Notes under the pieces: model-generated
What the model saw: only the letters and a program-made list of their open reading frames with translations
Told to the model about the DNA's origin: nothing
Databases searched by the model: none
DNA from: Eledone cirrhosa
Taxonomy: Eukaryota
NCBI GenBank assembly: GCA_964016885.1
Contig: OZ024756.1
Location: forward strand, 24,242,001-24,306,000
Reading direction: 5' to 3'
Length of the DNA stretch: 64,000 nt
Position numbers and translations under genes: made by a program
Shown: positions 41,456-56,410 of the stretch, one piece after another
Layout of the letters: each line of letters opens with the position of its first letter
How positions within the stretch are numbered: the stretch's first letter is position 1

Positions 41456-41582
41456 TACTACAGAGCAAGATCAGAAACGCATTATACATAACAATTCTGA
41501 AAAGCAGCGGAAAGAGAAAATCAAATCTAAAATTGAAAATATTGGCCACCTTTTACCTCAAATCAGAAATAATGAGAAGCAG
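41456..41582 (+). CDS. USF3: USF3-like exon 2: basic region and helix 1
   Basis: TTTAG|...KRIIHNNSEKQRKEKIKSKIENIGHLLPQIRNNEKQ|GTGAGA; the H-x3-E-x2-R-K pattern is as I recall for vertebrate USF3. Confidence 0.9.
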
Positions 41583-41777
41583 GTGAGATGATTTATTTTA
41601 CTCATTAGAAAAAAAAACATAAGATAGGTGCAGATATAGCTGTGTGGTTAAAGTGTCTGCTTTGCAACCACATGGTTTGGTTTGGCTTTCAGTCACACTG
41701 CATGGTACCTTGGTCAAGTGCCTTCTACTATAGTTTTAAGTTGATCAATGTCTTGTGAGGAAAATTTGGTGTGTGTG

Positions 41778-41819
<42 letters not shown>

Positions 41820-42219
41820 GGATATTCTTAGATAATTTGTCCTTATGCCTATCAAGAGAGGCTAGTTTTAGAACAGCCACTATGCAGTGGTAACCATAAC
41901 TGGACCCCAAAACCTAAGATCGCTCATACATGTTAAGTGTATGAACTTTAATATAAACTATATATATATATATACATATGTGTGTGTGTTTAAGTCCCAT
42001 AACTTAATGGTTTGACAAAACAAAGTTGATAAAATAAAAACTAGAGTTTTAAAAAAGTAAGTACTGGGATTAATATAATGAACTAAATCGTTTTCAAAAC
42101 GGTGCTCCAGCATGGCCTCCATGTAATGACTGAAATCAGTAAAACAATAAACATGGGGAAATTGGTTTTTTCTCGATGGTAAATACATAACATGAACAAA
42201 TTTAATATTATATTTTTAG

Positions 42220-42316
42220 AGTACACTGGCAATATTGGAGCGAGCTGCTGATTATATTACAGAGATACAGGATAAAAATGACCAATTGATGTGTGATAAT
42301 GGAGTGGAAGTGCAAA
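42220..42316 (+). CDS. USF3: USF3-like exon 3: helix 2
   Basis: STLAILERAADYITEIQDKNDQLMCDNGVEVQ; canonical AG and GTAAGT sites; phases 0/1. Confidence 0.9.
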
Positions 42317-43349
42317 GTAAGTCTTATAAAACTGGTTCTTAATTTAGACCTATTCAATCCTAGCATTTTTATTTCATCATCATCTTCAACTTCATTTTAC
42401 GTCTTTTTCTTTCCCTCCCCATGCTTGAAGTTCAACATCTTAGTTCAGTCTACACCACTTCATCCCATGGTTTCCCCTTTCACAAACTCCTTTCACTTGG
42501 ATTACTTGATATAACAACATTTTGTTTGGAATATTTTGCCTTCTCATAATAAGGATTTCTACTTCGAGCACAAGGCCTGCAATTTTGGGAGAGGGGAAAA
42601 TTGATTATTATCGATCCCTAGTATTTGACTGGTACTTTATTTTATCAACCCCCAGAAGGATAGAAGGCGAAGTTGACCTCAGCAGGATTTGAACTCAAAT
42701 CATAGAAAGCCTTAACTAAATACCATAAAGCATTTTGTCCAACATTCTATTGATACTGCTAATCCACTGCCCATAATAAGGGATAGTTTCTCAATCATTA
42801 TTTAACATCCATTTCCCCTGCTAGCACTGACCAAATCAGTATCTAATTGGAGCTACTGATCTTACACTCCACAGAGTGCTCTATACATTTTATTGTGGCA
42901 CCAGCACTAGGGAGGTCATCTTGTCTTTGGCATAACGACCCCTTATTTGGTAAGTTTTCTATGGCAGGGTGCCCTTCTTATCACTAACCACTTTATAGTG
43001 TGTACTGAATGTATTTTATCATGTCACCAAACAGTAGAGAGAATGTCATGTTGTGACTGAAAGATCCTGTCAACATTTTTTGGCATGATTTTGATAGCTA
43101 AGTGTCCCTTCTTAGCTCCAACAAGTTGACAGTGAACCGAGCCCATTTTATTGCAGCACCAACATTAGTATATAATATAAATCCTAAGTCAACAAACTAC
43201 ATCTCTCCTTTTTTTAATCTGTATGCTCATCAATTTTATTACTGCACTACATGTTGTAAGTATATATATATATAATATTTCTCTAAAATGACTGACTGAA
43301 TACATGTATTTTTCTAAAAATAAAAGATTTTTACGTTATTTCTTCTCCC

Positions 43350-43490
43350 ACTCTCTATCTTTGTGTTCCTTCTGATGAAGGACTAGTGTCTGAAACGCTA
43401 AGACCGTTTTCCTACAATATCAAACTAATATATTTCTTCATTGTACTCTGTTGTTTGCTTTGTTATTTGTTTACTTTTTGCATATATATA
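43350..43490 (+). mobile_element. Possible pLTR remnant with degenerate hammerhead core
   Basis: CTGATGA-AGGACTAGTGTCT-GAAAC at 43372-43396; stems I and III are imperfect. Confidence 0.35.
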
Positions 43491-43539
43491 AATATATATA
43501 TTAGAACTTGTCTTAATGTAGTTTATTTACTTATGGCAG

Positions 43540-43623
43540 CTGAAGAAATTCATTCTTTAAGGCAAGAATTGGATGATATTAAATCTGAACGGGATCGTTT
43601 GTCAGATTTAATAAAAACTGCTG
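43540..43623 (+). CDS. USF3: USF3-like exon 4: leucine zipper/coiled coil
   Basis: EEIHSLRQELDDIKSERDRLSDLIKTA; CAG and GTAAGT sites; phases 1/1. Confidence 0.9.
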
Positions 43624-44938
43624 GTAAGTTGTTTTTTTTCTTTACAACACAGAATCATATTTTGTAATTATATATAATAATTGTTTCTACTTTTGGCACA
43701 AGGCCAGCAATTATCCCAGTGCATTACTGGTACTTTATTTTATCGACCCCGTAAGGATGAAAGGCAAAGTTAACCTCGGTGGGATTTAATAATGATTTCT
43801 ACTTCTACTTAAGAAACAAAACCAGTAACTTGGAGGAGAGGAAAGTCAATTAATTATATCAACACCAGTACATGACTGGTACTTTATTTTATCGATCGTC
43901 TCAGAAGGATTTGAACCCAGAATGTAGAAGGGCATAATGAAATACTGCAATGCATTTCATCTGACTCTAATGGTTCTGCCAACCTGCTGCTCTATAGTGC
44001 ATACATTTGGTGCCACATTTGTCAAAAAATGTGTTTTTGTTAGCTTTTACAGCATTATTTGTTACCAGCACATAAACGGAATAAGTAACATGGTCAGGTC
44101 AGGCTTCTGCTTGCTACTGGTACCATTTAACCCAGTACAACCTGCTTCATAGTCATGTGGTCGGCAACTAAACTGGCTCACCAACCAGACCCTGGTCTAA
44201 TTAGGAGGATCGGTGAAACCCAAGCAGCACAAACAAACAAGAGCTGTAAAAAGAACAAATTATCTCCTCAGAGTCAACAGCCATCCAACCCACAATTGAC
44301 CAAGCGTGATGAGTACGGTTACACCCTTGACATGACCAAAACCAAACAGAAAATGGTGGAGGTCCTCCAACATGAATGAGACTGCTCTGGATTGAATTGG
44401 AAGTAACATTTGGTTTCTTCCTTAAACTTTAACAAACATATGCTTATGGACTATATCATCATCATCATCATCATCATTTAGCATTTGTTTTCTCTGCTGG
44501 TATATATATCATTATCATTATTTAACATCTATTTTCCATGCTTGCATGGGTTAGACAGGTTGTCACATACTTAGGCTAGACTTGTCAGGTGACCATATCT
44601 TACACTGTTTTCAGCTTGGGTTTTACTGCTAGATACCTTTCCTAATGCTAACCTCATTACAGCATGTCATGGGAATATTTTATTGTGATTCTGGTACTAC
44701 CACCTTACATGGTTGACTGGGTATTTTTTGTCAGAGCACCAGCACTACCACCTTACAGGGACTGTGTGCTTGGTGAGTATGAAACCTGTCTTGGGATCCA
44801 CAATGCTAAGACTCTTCTTCAACAGGGAAGATGGCCTCGAAACACTTATTATTGTTGTCATATTGTTTTGTTGACTGATGCATTTTATAACTATTCTTTT
44901 ACCTTTGATTGATAATATGTCTTCATTTATTTTCGCAG

Positions 44939-45657
44939 GTATTTCTTCCCTACTCCACTCCTCATGGAAAGGTAGAAAGGTGGACAGCACTTCTAATTCT
45001 TCAGATAGCAGGCCCGAATCAGCTGATACGACCTCAAATGTACTGCAAGCATCGTCGAAAAAAGATAAAGAAACAGACGGTCCTATTAAAAGCTCTAAAG
45101 CTAAAAGACACACAATACATTCTCAACTTGAGAGTATAGCGAACAAAAAGCAGATAGCCAAATTGGCACAAGAAACTAATGCAAAAATGAATTCTGGAAA
45201 TATTCTTATGCCAAGCCTTAATAATTTTAATGGCATGCAAACAGCTAATATCCTACCTGCTGGAATTAATCAACAGCAGATATTTGCAGCTACCCCTAAT
45301 TTGTTAAACACTTCTCTTTCAAATGCCATTCTTGCCTCAAATGCACAGGGGCAAGTTATTTTCAGCAATGCAAATTCTGCTGGTAGTTTTGTCAATTTAC
45401 AAGGATCTTCTACTCAGCCAAGTGTTGCCTTCGTTTCACCATCATCTAACCTTCTTACAAATTCGGAGAAAGGAAATGGTGATGGCTCTGGACTATTACA
45501 GATTGCGATGAGAGATGCGGGTATTACTTCAGTCACTCAGTCCTTTATAACACCCCCCCAATTGCCCCAGATAACATCTCAGGCACAACAAGCTATGATT
45601 AGCTCTATAACAAGTACTAATGCAGAAACTATTATACCTGCTGATTCCTCCCAAGGA

Positions 45658-45688
<31 letters not shown>

Positions 45689-48600
45689 AGCAGCGACAAC
45701 AGCAGCAGCAACAACAACAGCAACAACAACAACAGCAGCAGCAGCAGCAACATCATCATCAACCAATACCCCAACAGACGCTACCTTCGGTAGTTTCAAA
45801 TACTCAGAGTGTAAACCCTGGTTTTATAAACTCATCTTTTTTCAGTGGTAATAATTGTTTCCCACAGGCTTCAAACACAATTACCAACACAACCCAAACT
45901 ATAAATACACAAGTACCAATCATGTCAATTGGACAGTCAAATTACAACCAGATTCTGCCAAACGGTAATGCACTAATAAATGTACCAATCATGAATGCCG
46001 CCAACCAATCATTGCCTGTTGGTGGCACTCTGTCGGGGATTGGAGGAATACAAGGCCTTCAGACAGGTCAGGGACAGATAGTTCTAGTCAACGACCATGG
46101 TGGACTTTCTTTAATGCCTAATTATCAAATGGTCGTTGACCCAACAACTTTAACGTTGGCTAATAACTCCCGGCAGTTTTCTAACGATAAAGTTGTTGCT
46201 CAGAAACTGGGACATGCAGTAGATCAAACAAAAATGGCACTGTCTAATGTGATAAATAACACAGAAGTGATAAACCATGCAGCTACCCTCCCCGTTCAGA
46301 ACCAGGCACAGGGACAACAGCATGGTATTGCACTTCAGAATACCATCAATGCTCAGGCACTAGCTTCCAATCCAGCTTCAGCAATGCAGCAGCTGGCATT
46401 TCAACCTGCTCAGCAGACAATATCATTAGGTGCAACTAACTCTGTAATTCAACAGGCACAAATGAACAACCACTTGAATGCTCAGCAGCAGCAAATGCTG
46501 TCGGCTCCTTATGCAAGTGCAAATACAAACTTTTTAAATCCAAATCCAGGCCTTGTCTTGCCTGTTAGTCAAAATGGAAACTTGCTTACCCTTAATACAG
46601 TTCCCAGTCAACCTAATCAATTACCAACAGCACTTATTTTACCCAACGGGCACATAATTCCTGTGGTTACTCAGCCACAGGTTCTACTACAGCAGCAATT
46701 ACAACAGCAACAAATTCAGCAGCAATTGTTAAATGCTAATTGCCAGCTCCAAGCTGCAGTTGCTGCTCAAGCCCAGACTATGCATCCATCACAAATTCCT
46801 GCAAAACTGGCAGTTGTTGGAAATTTGGGTAATAATAATATGCCTATCATAGACTCGAATCTAACTACAATTCTGAATTCCCAGAATGTTCAGTGTCAGA
46901 ATCAATCTGCCGCCCTTCTTCAGAGTCAACAAAAGCAGCCTCCAGTAGGTCTCCTGATGACAACGACCATATCTAATTTTCCAATGTCTAATGCTGCTAC
47001 TACAGTGGCTTCCATCAATAATAATATGGTTACAACATCAGCCACACAAAGTGTTATGACAACACAAGTGCAAGCATCTCAGATGCATCGACCAACAAGT
47101 GCTCCTGCATTTGTGAAAAGGTCTGAAACACAAACTTCCGATTCAAAAGGTGTTGTCATGTCCACAACAACAGGGTCATTAATGCAATTTAAAACACCAA
47201 ATACATCCACACCTGACAATAGCGTACTTCTTGGGAATATGCCTCACAGTAATTTACAGACAACAGTAGGAACAGTGCCTTCACAAAATGACGCTTCCTT
47301 AATTTCTTCATCTCTGCCAACAAATATTCAAAGTTCTTTACCAGTGAACCAGACAGGGCAAGTTAATGGACCCAATGGTACTATCCTAATTACATTTGGT
47401 CCCCCTGGACAGCAGGCATGTTGTATTTTAAACCCTAATTCTATGCAAGGACTTGGAAATATTTCAAATCAGCAACCTGCTTTGCCTGCAGTTTCGACTA
47501 TTCCAACCACTGTACCAGCCTCAACTAATCCAACAGTTTCAGTTTCAAGTAAGAAAAATAACAAAAAGAATTCTCAGAGAACACTTGTACCCAAACCCCT
47601 TAAAGCCAATCAAACAAATCCTTTATCTTCTGTGTGCTCCATGAATAGTTCTAACTCAGTAAGCTCTACACAAGTTTCTGTATCTTCAACCCTCTGGAAC
47701 ACCACTCCACTGAACTCTGATCAAGAAGCTTCTAGTACAACTATGCAAAATGTTGTCAGTACAAATGATATTTGTGTATCTACTACTGCTGAATCAACCA
47801 TTATACAATCACCATCAACTTCTAACACTTCAGAAAACAATGGTACCACTGATATCCTGGCCAAAGCAGCAGAGTCTATATTTTCTTCTTCTTTACAAGA
47901 TATATCTCCTCCAATAAGTAGTTTTTATAATCCAGCTAATGAAGATAACCCTCTGCATATAGACACAAGTGCCGGAGAGACAGAAGATGATTGTAGTGCA
48001 CAATCTCCTTCAAAAGAAAGTTGTGATAGCGATCATATTCCAACGTCGAGCCGTATAGAAATGGAGACCGAAACTCAAAGTACACATTCTCTAGATAATG
48101 CCTGTAGCAACTTGACAGTGTCATCTCCATCAACATCAACATTTTTCAAAGAATCAGATATATGCAAGTCTATTGGTGCAGTTAGCAAGCGTGGTCATCT
48201 AAAATCTAAAATTATTGAACCAGAAAAAGAGAAATTGAAAAAAGATTTCAAAAAGCTGCCTAATAGCAAAAAACTATCAAAAACACCAGTCACTATAGCT
48301 ATATCTGAAGCTATTAATTTTGCTTCCGATCAGTTTTCTGGTGTTCTTGATCAAGTTGAATCTGTAAATATGGAGAAGAAAAAGCAAAAAGGTATCAACA
48401 AAGAACTTGTCAAGAAATCTCTAAAAGTGCCTGTTAAAAAGCAAACTCCATCAGTTAATATTCCTGATGAAATTGTTTTTATGGAAAGTGTATTAGATCA
48501 GGTAGAGAACTTAAGGAATACTTGGGCCAATGAAAACGATCAAAAGAAGAATAAAAAACGCAAGGGCAAGCCAAACTGCCCTGAATTAGATTCCGATCAA

Positions 48601-50985
48601 TTGATTATGAACAAAAAGAAAAAGTCTCATATTAAAAATCAAGAATCGTTAATTGAAGTTGAAGAAATTAAAATAAATTCTTCTGTATGTGATAATTCAA
48701 TCGCTGCAGAAGAAAACCCTTCTGAACTACTCTCACCTGATTCCACTACAGTCACTAAAACCGTGTCAAATTATACACCTTCTAGTACTGATGAATCTCC
48801 TTCAGGCTCTAGTGGAGAAAGTACATGTGAAAAAAGTGTTAATTATGATCCATACGACATAACTCTAGCTTTAGAAGAAGCAGAACCGATCAAGTCATTT
48901 AGATCGATTGATTCTTCTAAAACATTTTGCCAACCAAACAGCTCCCAGGTAGTTGCATCTTACCCTGGAAAGATGCTAGAAAAGTCTCAGTCATCTCCAA
49001 CAGAAATAACCTGTACTACATCTCTTCATTCACACAACAATAACCAAAGCAATAGGCTAAATAACCAGCTATCTCCTACAAGTACTGGTGGTACTAGTAG
49101 TAGCTGTATAAGCAGTAATGGCAGCAGCAAAAATAACCGCTCTCGATCTAATTCAATTATTGACCAGAAGTCACTTCAAATAAGCTGTAATTCTCAATCA
49201 ACATCAATTGAAGATAATATTTTATCAAAAAATACTTATTCAAACAGGCAGTTAACTCCTAGCTCCCAAACTGTTTCTGTTGGCAGTATGTCTCTATCTC
49301 GATCCCAACAACATTCTTACAACAGGCAATCTCAACACATAGCCCCACCTAGTTTATCTCCAGTACCAATGCCCTCTCCAATAACAAATATTTCCTCAGC
49401 TGTTGAACCAGAAACAAATTCTTCAGTTAGTCAAAATGTTATTAGCAATTCATCAACCCAAATTGCTTCTCCCTGTACTTCAGAGCAAAACAATTACTCC
49501 TCGCCGAATTCGTTGAGGTATTCTGCAGAATCACTGTTGTACAGTTCAAACAAACTAAATACACAACAACCCAAATCTCACCCACAGTCCCTTAACCAAA
49601 CTATGATTCCCCAGGATTCAAGTAATATTATTTCTAACAGCATTGCAGGTGATGCAACGTCAGCTGCAGTTACTCTTCCATCATCAAAGTCACGCAACTT
49701 GAGCATTTATTCTGCGGAGAATTTCGTACATTCGGGTAGAAATGATAATTCTCGTGTCGATAAAAACAGTTATTCTTCGGGAAGTGTTTTCTCCTCTTCT
49801 AACAACACACATCATCTAGCTACCAATGAAAGCGATGCTTTAAACTTTGCCAACCTTGGTTTAACTTTGACCCCTACAGTTCCATCTAATACCTTCACAG
49901 ACAGTTCAGTTTGTAATTCTTCAACGTCATTTACTTTCTCTTTAACAAACAATAACAACAGCAGTTTATTTCCCTCCCATCATTTTCCCTTCCTACATTT
50001 GCATTCACTGGTCACACCACAGCATTTACATGGCGAAAACAATGAAAATAGTAGCCAACAGCAATCACAGACATTTGGGCTACCTTCATTTGGTCTGAAC
50101 AACCAAAAGAACAATAATGAAACAGAATCAAATCTTCCCCACCAAAATACTTCTAATGAACAAAACATTATTTGTGGATCGTCATCATCATCATCATCAT
50201 CTTCTTCTGCCACTACATCCAATCATTTACAATCACATAATACTTTTAATTTTGGTTTGAGTAACTCTTTAGAAACTTGTTCAATATCAAGAAGCCAACC
50301 ATATACAGATGTCTCTAATGTATCATTAAACACAACAAATTTGGAAAAGACTTCTTCAACCTCCATTATACAATCAAATGATGGTTCCAGAACTGTTTCA
50401 AACCAGAAACATTTACCAAATATTCCACAAAGCATTTCTTTGGCAAGTCGAACCCAACAGTCTGGTTTGAACTCTGCTGAATGTTCACCACAGATCACAA
50501 GTAGTGTATCAACATATTTTTCCCCTATGAACTATCAATCTTTGCAGTCCTTACATACACCGCCCCTACACCATCCCCCTGTAACATCTAATGAAAGTTC
50601 TCGGGCCAACATTAGCAGATCTTTTAATGCAAATCTCCCTACATCAATATCTAATTTTGGGTCAAGTGCTCCTGTATTTAATAGTAGATTTGACAGCAAC
50701 CAATTATTATTCCATAGCCAAAGGGATAGTAGTGTATCACAAAATGTAAATATTAATACAGAAGTTAGTAAGTCTACTTCTCAACAACAAAATACTGTTA
50801 GTAAAACTGCTAAACAACAGGCTTCTCAACAAACATTATCTTTGTCACAAAGTCAACTTAGTCAGGGCAGCCTTTCTTCACATCAGAACACACCTAGTTC
50901 AATATCTGACAATGCTACATTAACAATCCCTCACTCCAATCCTCCACCACAGCCATCACACACATCACAACAACAACAGCCACAC

Positions 50986-51017
<32 letters not shown>

Positions 51018-51840
51018 GCAGCAACAACATCAACAGCAACGCTCTACAAAACAAACTTCACGGACTAAACAGTCTCAAAGCAAAAAAAATAAACAATCTT
51101 TATCTGAAGTAGATTCCAATCTGTCTCAATCGATTTTTGATCAAAATATGGGTCTCTACTTTCCTATAAACAACACATCTCCCCCACCATCCCGTACCAT
51201 TCAAGGAGACACTCCAACCTTTCTTTCTGGTAATCTTTTCACTTCTTCTGCAAGACAAATACCAAATACTTCTTCAACTGTTTTAAAAAGCAGCGATATC
51301 AGTACATCTTTTAATTCTATATTCCCACCCTCACGCTCTCAAAATGGCATTGGTTTAAATTTTCAAACAGGTTTCGGAATGAATACTGTCCATAGTGGTC
51401 CTTCAAATACCCCACAGATCCCCCCTCATTCCAGCGCTATGCCTAACTTACCCCATGTACCCAGTCTTGGTTTGGGCAATATTTTCTCTGATGTAAACAG
51501 TACGCCTCAGAATGAAACATTGAATATCTCCCCTATCAAGTTCCCCACCAATTCTATTCTGCCTCCCCCTCAGGCAAGTATCGACCCTAACTCCCTACAA
51601 CATCATCATCATCAGAGCGGTGCACTCTATCATAATCGTAGTCATCCCCCACCACCTCCACCACCTGTTATTCACAACATGAGTATAAACAGTATCTTAA
51701 GTCACAATCCACATGGCTTCGAACCAAGAGGTTCTGTGGCACAGGCTATTAACAGTACAGTCACACCCTCAGGTTTCCATGGACCGAGTCATTCTTCGTT
51801 TCCCATACCTCCACTAAATTTTTCTATACATGAACACTGA
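44939..51840 (+). CDS. USF3: USF3-like giant terminal coding exon (Q/S/N/T-rich disordered region)
   Basis: TTTCGCAG acceptor, 6.9-kb open frame, WKG motif just after the zipper; the joined CDS is 7251 nt = 2416 aa, similar in architecture to vertebrate USF3/KIAA2018. Confidence 0.93.
45658..45762 (+). repeat. Coding CAG/CAA polyglutamine tract (Q12-R-Q18-H3)
   Basis: In frame in the USF3 terminal exon; a second tract lies at ~50968-51039. Confidence 0.95.
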
Positions 51841-52290
51841 AAATTATAAAGATACTGAATTATCAACAATTCTAAAACATGGCCGGTAGATGTAACCTAC
51901 CTACCAGGTCCGTTTCTTTTTTTTTTTTTTTTTCAGTTTTAGATATTTAAAATACTATTTATCTTATTTTCATTTTGACCTGTTCTATATCTCATGGAGC
52001 AGAGATTTAATAGCTCTTTAATTAATCAGTTAATATATATCTAAATTAATTTATGGTTTTTAAATTCATTTTTCTATTGTTTCTATGAATTTTTTTTTTT
52101 TTTAATTACTTCTATTCATCAAAACCTTCATTACCGATTAGTTACAATATATTTTCATGTATGTCAACCTATGTCCGTCCACTTAACATATATTGTAGTT
52201 AAAGAGAAATACCAAAATGTCTGTTTCTTGTGTAAATTCTTATCTCATTTCATTCTGCCATTCTAGCTACAATCTTCCACTTGCACAAAC

Positions 52291-52296
52291 AATAAA
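52291..52296 (+). terminator. Candidate polyadenylation signal AATAAA for the USF3-like gene
   Basis: ~450 nt after the stop codon, followed by T-rich sequence. Confidence 0.4.
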
Positions 52297-55292
52297 GATT
52301 TTTTTTCTATATATTTTTAACAAAGGATTTAAATATATACTATACATATATATATATATTATATATTAAGGCCAAGTAACTCTGGAATTTCGCCTGTGTA
52401 TTCACTACAGTATTGAATGCTCATTTCATGACATCAGTACTAAGCATGTGTGTGTGTACATATATATATATATATTACATGTTTGTATATATATATATAG
52501 TTACATTATTTTATAAAAATTACTTAGAGCAATCTTACCACACACAAATACATACATACAAAATAATTAACAGCTAATACAATGTAAGTTGGAATTAAGT
52601 TTCAATCTCTCGAACTCTTCCTTCAGTAACAAGTATTTTATTTCAAAACATTTCTTATATAGGGACTACAGTTAAAAAAACTTGTTTTTGAAAAAAAAAA
52701 AACAGTGCAATAATGTCAACAAATTGTGAAGAAAAATCAGCATTAAATAGTGAAATTTTAATTTAAAAAATATTTTTAAATTTAATAAGGGTGAATGCAA
52801 AAAAAACAAAAAACAAAATCAACAAAATAGGAAATTCTAATGAATGGATGTAAAGATAAATTAATTGATTAAATAGGTGCAAGCATGGCTGTGTGGTTAA
52901 CCAGTTCACTCCTGCTGCCTGGTACCATGAGTGAGTATCTTCAACTATACCTTCAGGTTGACCATTGTGTATGTGTGTGTGTGTGTGTGTATATATATGT
53001 ATATATATTTTTATCATGTGTGTCTGTTTATGACCTGTAACTTAACAGTTTGATTAAAAAAAAAAAAAAAAGAGAGAGAGAGAGAGATCAATAGAAAAAG
53101 TACCAGGCTTGAAAAAAATAAGTACTGTAGTTGATATGATTGACTAAATCTCTTCATGTCAGTGCCCCAGTATGGCTACAGTCTAATGACTGAAGCTAAC
53201 AAAAGAATTAAAAAACAACATAATATAATGTTGGTTCCACTATAAAATGCCCTCAGTACACTATAAAATACTTGGTGCAAGAAACCATACTAAAAATGTA
53301 CATTGTGGTCCTCAAACCATCTAATAGGGCTGTAACAACAAATGAGAACTGACTCGGACTGTGACAACCCCTTCAATCAAATGATGATGATGATGAACTT
53401 GAACAATTTTAGAAATATCAGTTATACCATATTTAAATCTAGAAGTGGATGCTAATCAACAACTGTCTGGATTATCTAACAGATGTAATATATAATAAAT
53501 CGAATCAAATATATTTATGTTGTTTTTTTTTTTTATTTTGTTAAACTATTTTTTATACCAATCTACCTCTGGTTCTATGAAACAAGAGTGCATGGTCCTG
53601 TAACTCCCGAGGGAACTGTAAGGGAGCCATATTGACATACATCATTACTAGTGCATTTTAAAACTTGGCAGAACCCATCTCTCTCCAGGTCTGAATACAG
53701 AGAAGGATAGAGAGAGTGAGGGAATAAAGTAAGAAAAGATATATAGGAAGAATTAACCCCAGTACTAGACTGGATACTTTTTTTTTTTATTGACCTCTAA
53801 TGGATAAAAGGCAAAGTTGACCTCAGTGGTATTTGAACTCAGAGAGCTAAAACATAATGCAAAGCAATCTAGCCAACATTGTAACTACTCTTCCAATTCG
53901 CTGCCTTTATGAAACGAGACTACTCAGTTAAAAAGAATCCTGTTTAAATTATAATCTTCCAATATAATTTCATAGATTATCTTACAGATACCATCTTAAT
54001 ATTGAAATAATTAATTTTTGTAAATCCTTCCAAATTCTTTATGGATTCATAAAATACAGTGCATTTCATCAGAAATATAGCAGGGTTTTGGGGGGGTTTT
54101 TTTCTTCAAAAGGTGGTGTCCCTGTCTGCATGCCATATATAAGCAATGTCTTTAAATAAAATTCCTGTGTTATTTCTAAAGGGATCAAAAGATTGAAACT
54201 TAGATGGAATAACTCCAATTATTTTGTTTATAATACTCTACATACTTGTGTATTTAGTACTTTATGATTCTGTTGCAAGTTATATATATGAATGTCATCA
54301 TCATCGTTTAAGTTCCTTTTTTTTCTGCTAGTGAGGATTGGACTAATATATGTATATAAATAATCCCATGAAGCAACACCTACCTAGAAAATCAGTTCCA
54401 ACTATAAATTGCTCTACTAAATCATCTCCATTGTGTGTGTGTATATATATATATATATGCGTGTGTGTATTTACATACATACTGGTTGACCAATGCTTTG
54501 AGGAAGTTGATTACTGGCAACAACAGTGTAAAAATGTCATACATGTGTGTATTATTGTTTATGACCAATGACTTGGCAGTTCAACAACCATGAGATTGAT
54601 AAAATAAATACTGGATTTGACATGACCAAAGTGATGGCCTTGGTCCAATGACTGAAACTACTAAAATAAATTACAAAAGGAATTCATAATATATCATCAT
54701 CATCAACCTTCTCACCGTCTATTGTCTATTTTCCATGCATGCATCAGTTAAGGTGTCACATTATGAGACTAGACTGGTCAGTTAACCATGTCTTGCTCAT
54801 GTGACACATTTTTGGGAGCATGGTTTACTTCAGTTGGATGCCCCTCCGAAAGCATATAGCCAGTACTTGGGAGATATGGGATACAATTCCTTGTAGCAGC
54901 CAATGGCATCTTTTTCCATCTTTAAGGAGTTTTACTATTTTGTAAGCTATTTTATATCATTTCTGCACATGAGCCCACCACTTTTTATATTATATTATGC
55001 TAGCGTGGAAGATGGACGTTAAACGATGATGATGATGATATACATATAGATCATTCCCCTGTTGGATTCAACAAAACCTGAGTACCAGTCAACCAAAGTA
55101 CCCACACACATATATACACACACATTTTCATTTTACCTTACATTTACACAAGTGTTTCAATATACATAAACATTGTAACACTTGTGCAAGCATAAGGTCA
55201 TTTCAAAAAATATTTATATGCGCTCTACTGAATTCAAGCATTGAGTCCTTTCTTGATTATAACTATCATCATCATTGTCACTGTTTTATAAT

Positions 55293-55795
55293 AATAATAA
55301 TAATAATAATGAAATTATTGTGTAAAGTGCTCAGGTGCACTACAACTCGTCAAGAAAGTACATAGAATAATACACAAATGCCAGGGAAGTACATGTGTGT
55401 ATGTGTTAGCTGTAGTGTTGGCGGATCTCGGGAAGCATGGAGGCCTTAAAGGATGCAGTGTCTCGACAGCTAACAACTGATGCAGGTAGTTTGTTCCATG
55501 CTTCAGCGTGAAAAAATGTTTCCGAAAGTCATGGGAACTGTGCTGTTTTCTTACTTTGTGGGCATGTCCACGTGTGTTAGACACATGGAAATCGAAAAGG
55601 CACTCAGGGTTGTTGTTGGCAACATGGTTAACAATTTTGTGGGTGTTTACCAAGTCAGTTGCCAGGCGTCGGAGCTTCAATGAATCCATGCCCAGGGAAG
55701 CAAGGCGCTCAGAGTATGGTAGATGCATGATGGAGGGTATTCGCTTGGTTGCACGTCTCTGAACAGTTTCCAGGCGGTCAATGTCCTGAGCACTC
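55293..55795 (-). mobile_element. CR1-clade LINE 3' end with (ATT)n tail
   Basis: DIDRLETVQRRATKRIP...Y.ERL..L...SLKLRRL..DL...TRGH..K...RKHFF; the 3' UTR is also found at 37060-37300, 56545-56800 and 4095-4150. Confidence 0.88.
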
Positions 55796-56377
55796 CATGC
55801 TGGCATGGGTTGGAGAGGTTGTCACGTTCTGTATGTGTTGGACCATTGACAGCGAGTGTTACAGTTGTTTGTTCAATTGAACAATCTGCTCATGAATTTA
55901 ACATACTAGTGACTGAGCATTCCACGACACATGCACCTTTGACGCAATTCTCAGGTAGATTCAGTATGTGAGAAAACTAACGTTTTGAATTACAGGTACC
56001 AGGTACAACTCATTTTTTTAATATTTTTGCCAGCTGAGTGGACTGGAGCAACATGAAATAAATAAAATGTTTTACTCAAAAACAAAATGCTCTGCCATGA
56101 ATCAAACACCACCCTAACCATTTTGTCACATGCTTTCTCAGGTAGTAGGTAAGATTGATCACATAAACAAGATATCCTCAAATAACATGAATGGTCCCAT
56201 AGCTCCTGGTTCTTCTCCACTGCCTTGTGCCCTCTCTGTCACTTTAATAATCCACCTGTTATCTCTGAGACAAGAGATGTGGCCAGCCCATCTATGTTTG
56301 CCTTTTTTTGGTGGTTTCAATTATGTCCTTCACTTCAGTCTGCTGTTGAATCCAAGTGTTGTTCTTCCTGTGATTAT

Positions 56378-56410
<33 letters not shown>

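Noticed and set aside
41456-41463. Alternative acceptor TACTACAG at 41463
   Set aside because: Would shift the frame relative to the phase-2 donor at 39201.
44878-44938. ATG start of the 2320-aa ORF
   Set aside because: Lies in the intron upstream of the acceptor at 44938; the bHLH is on upstream exons.
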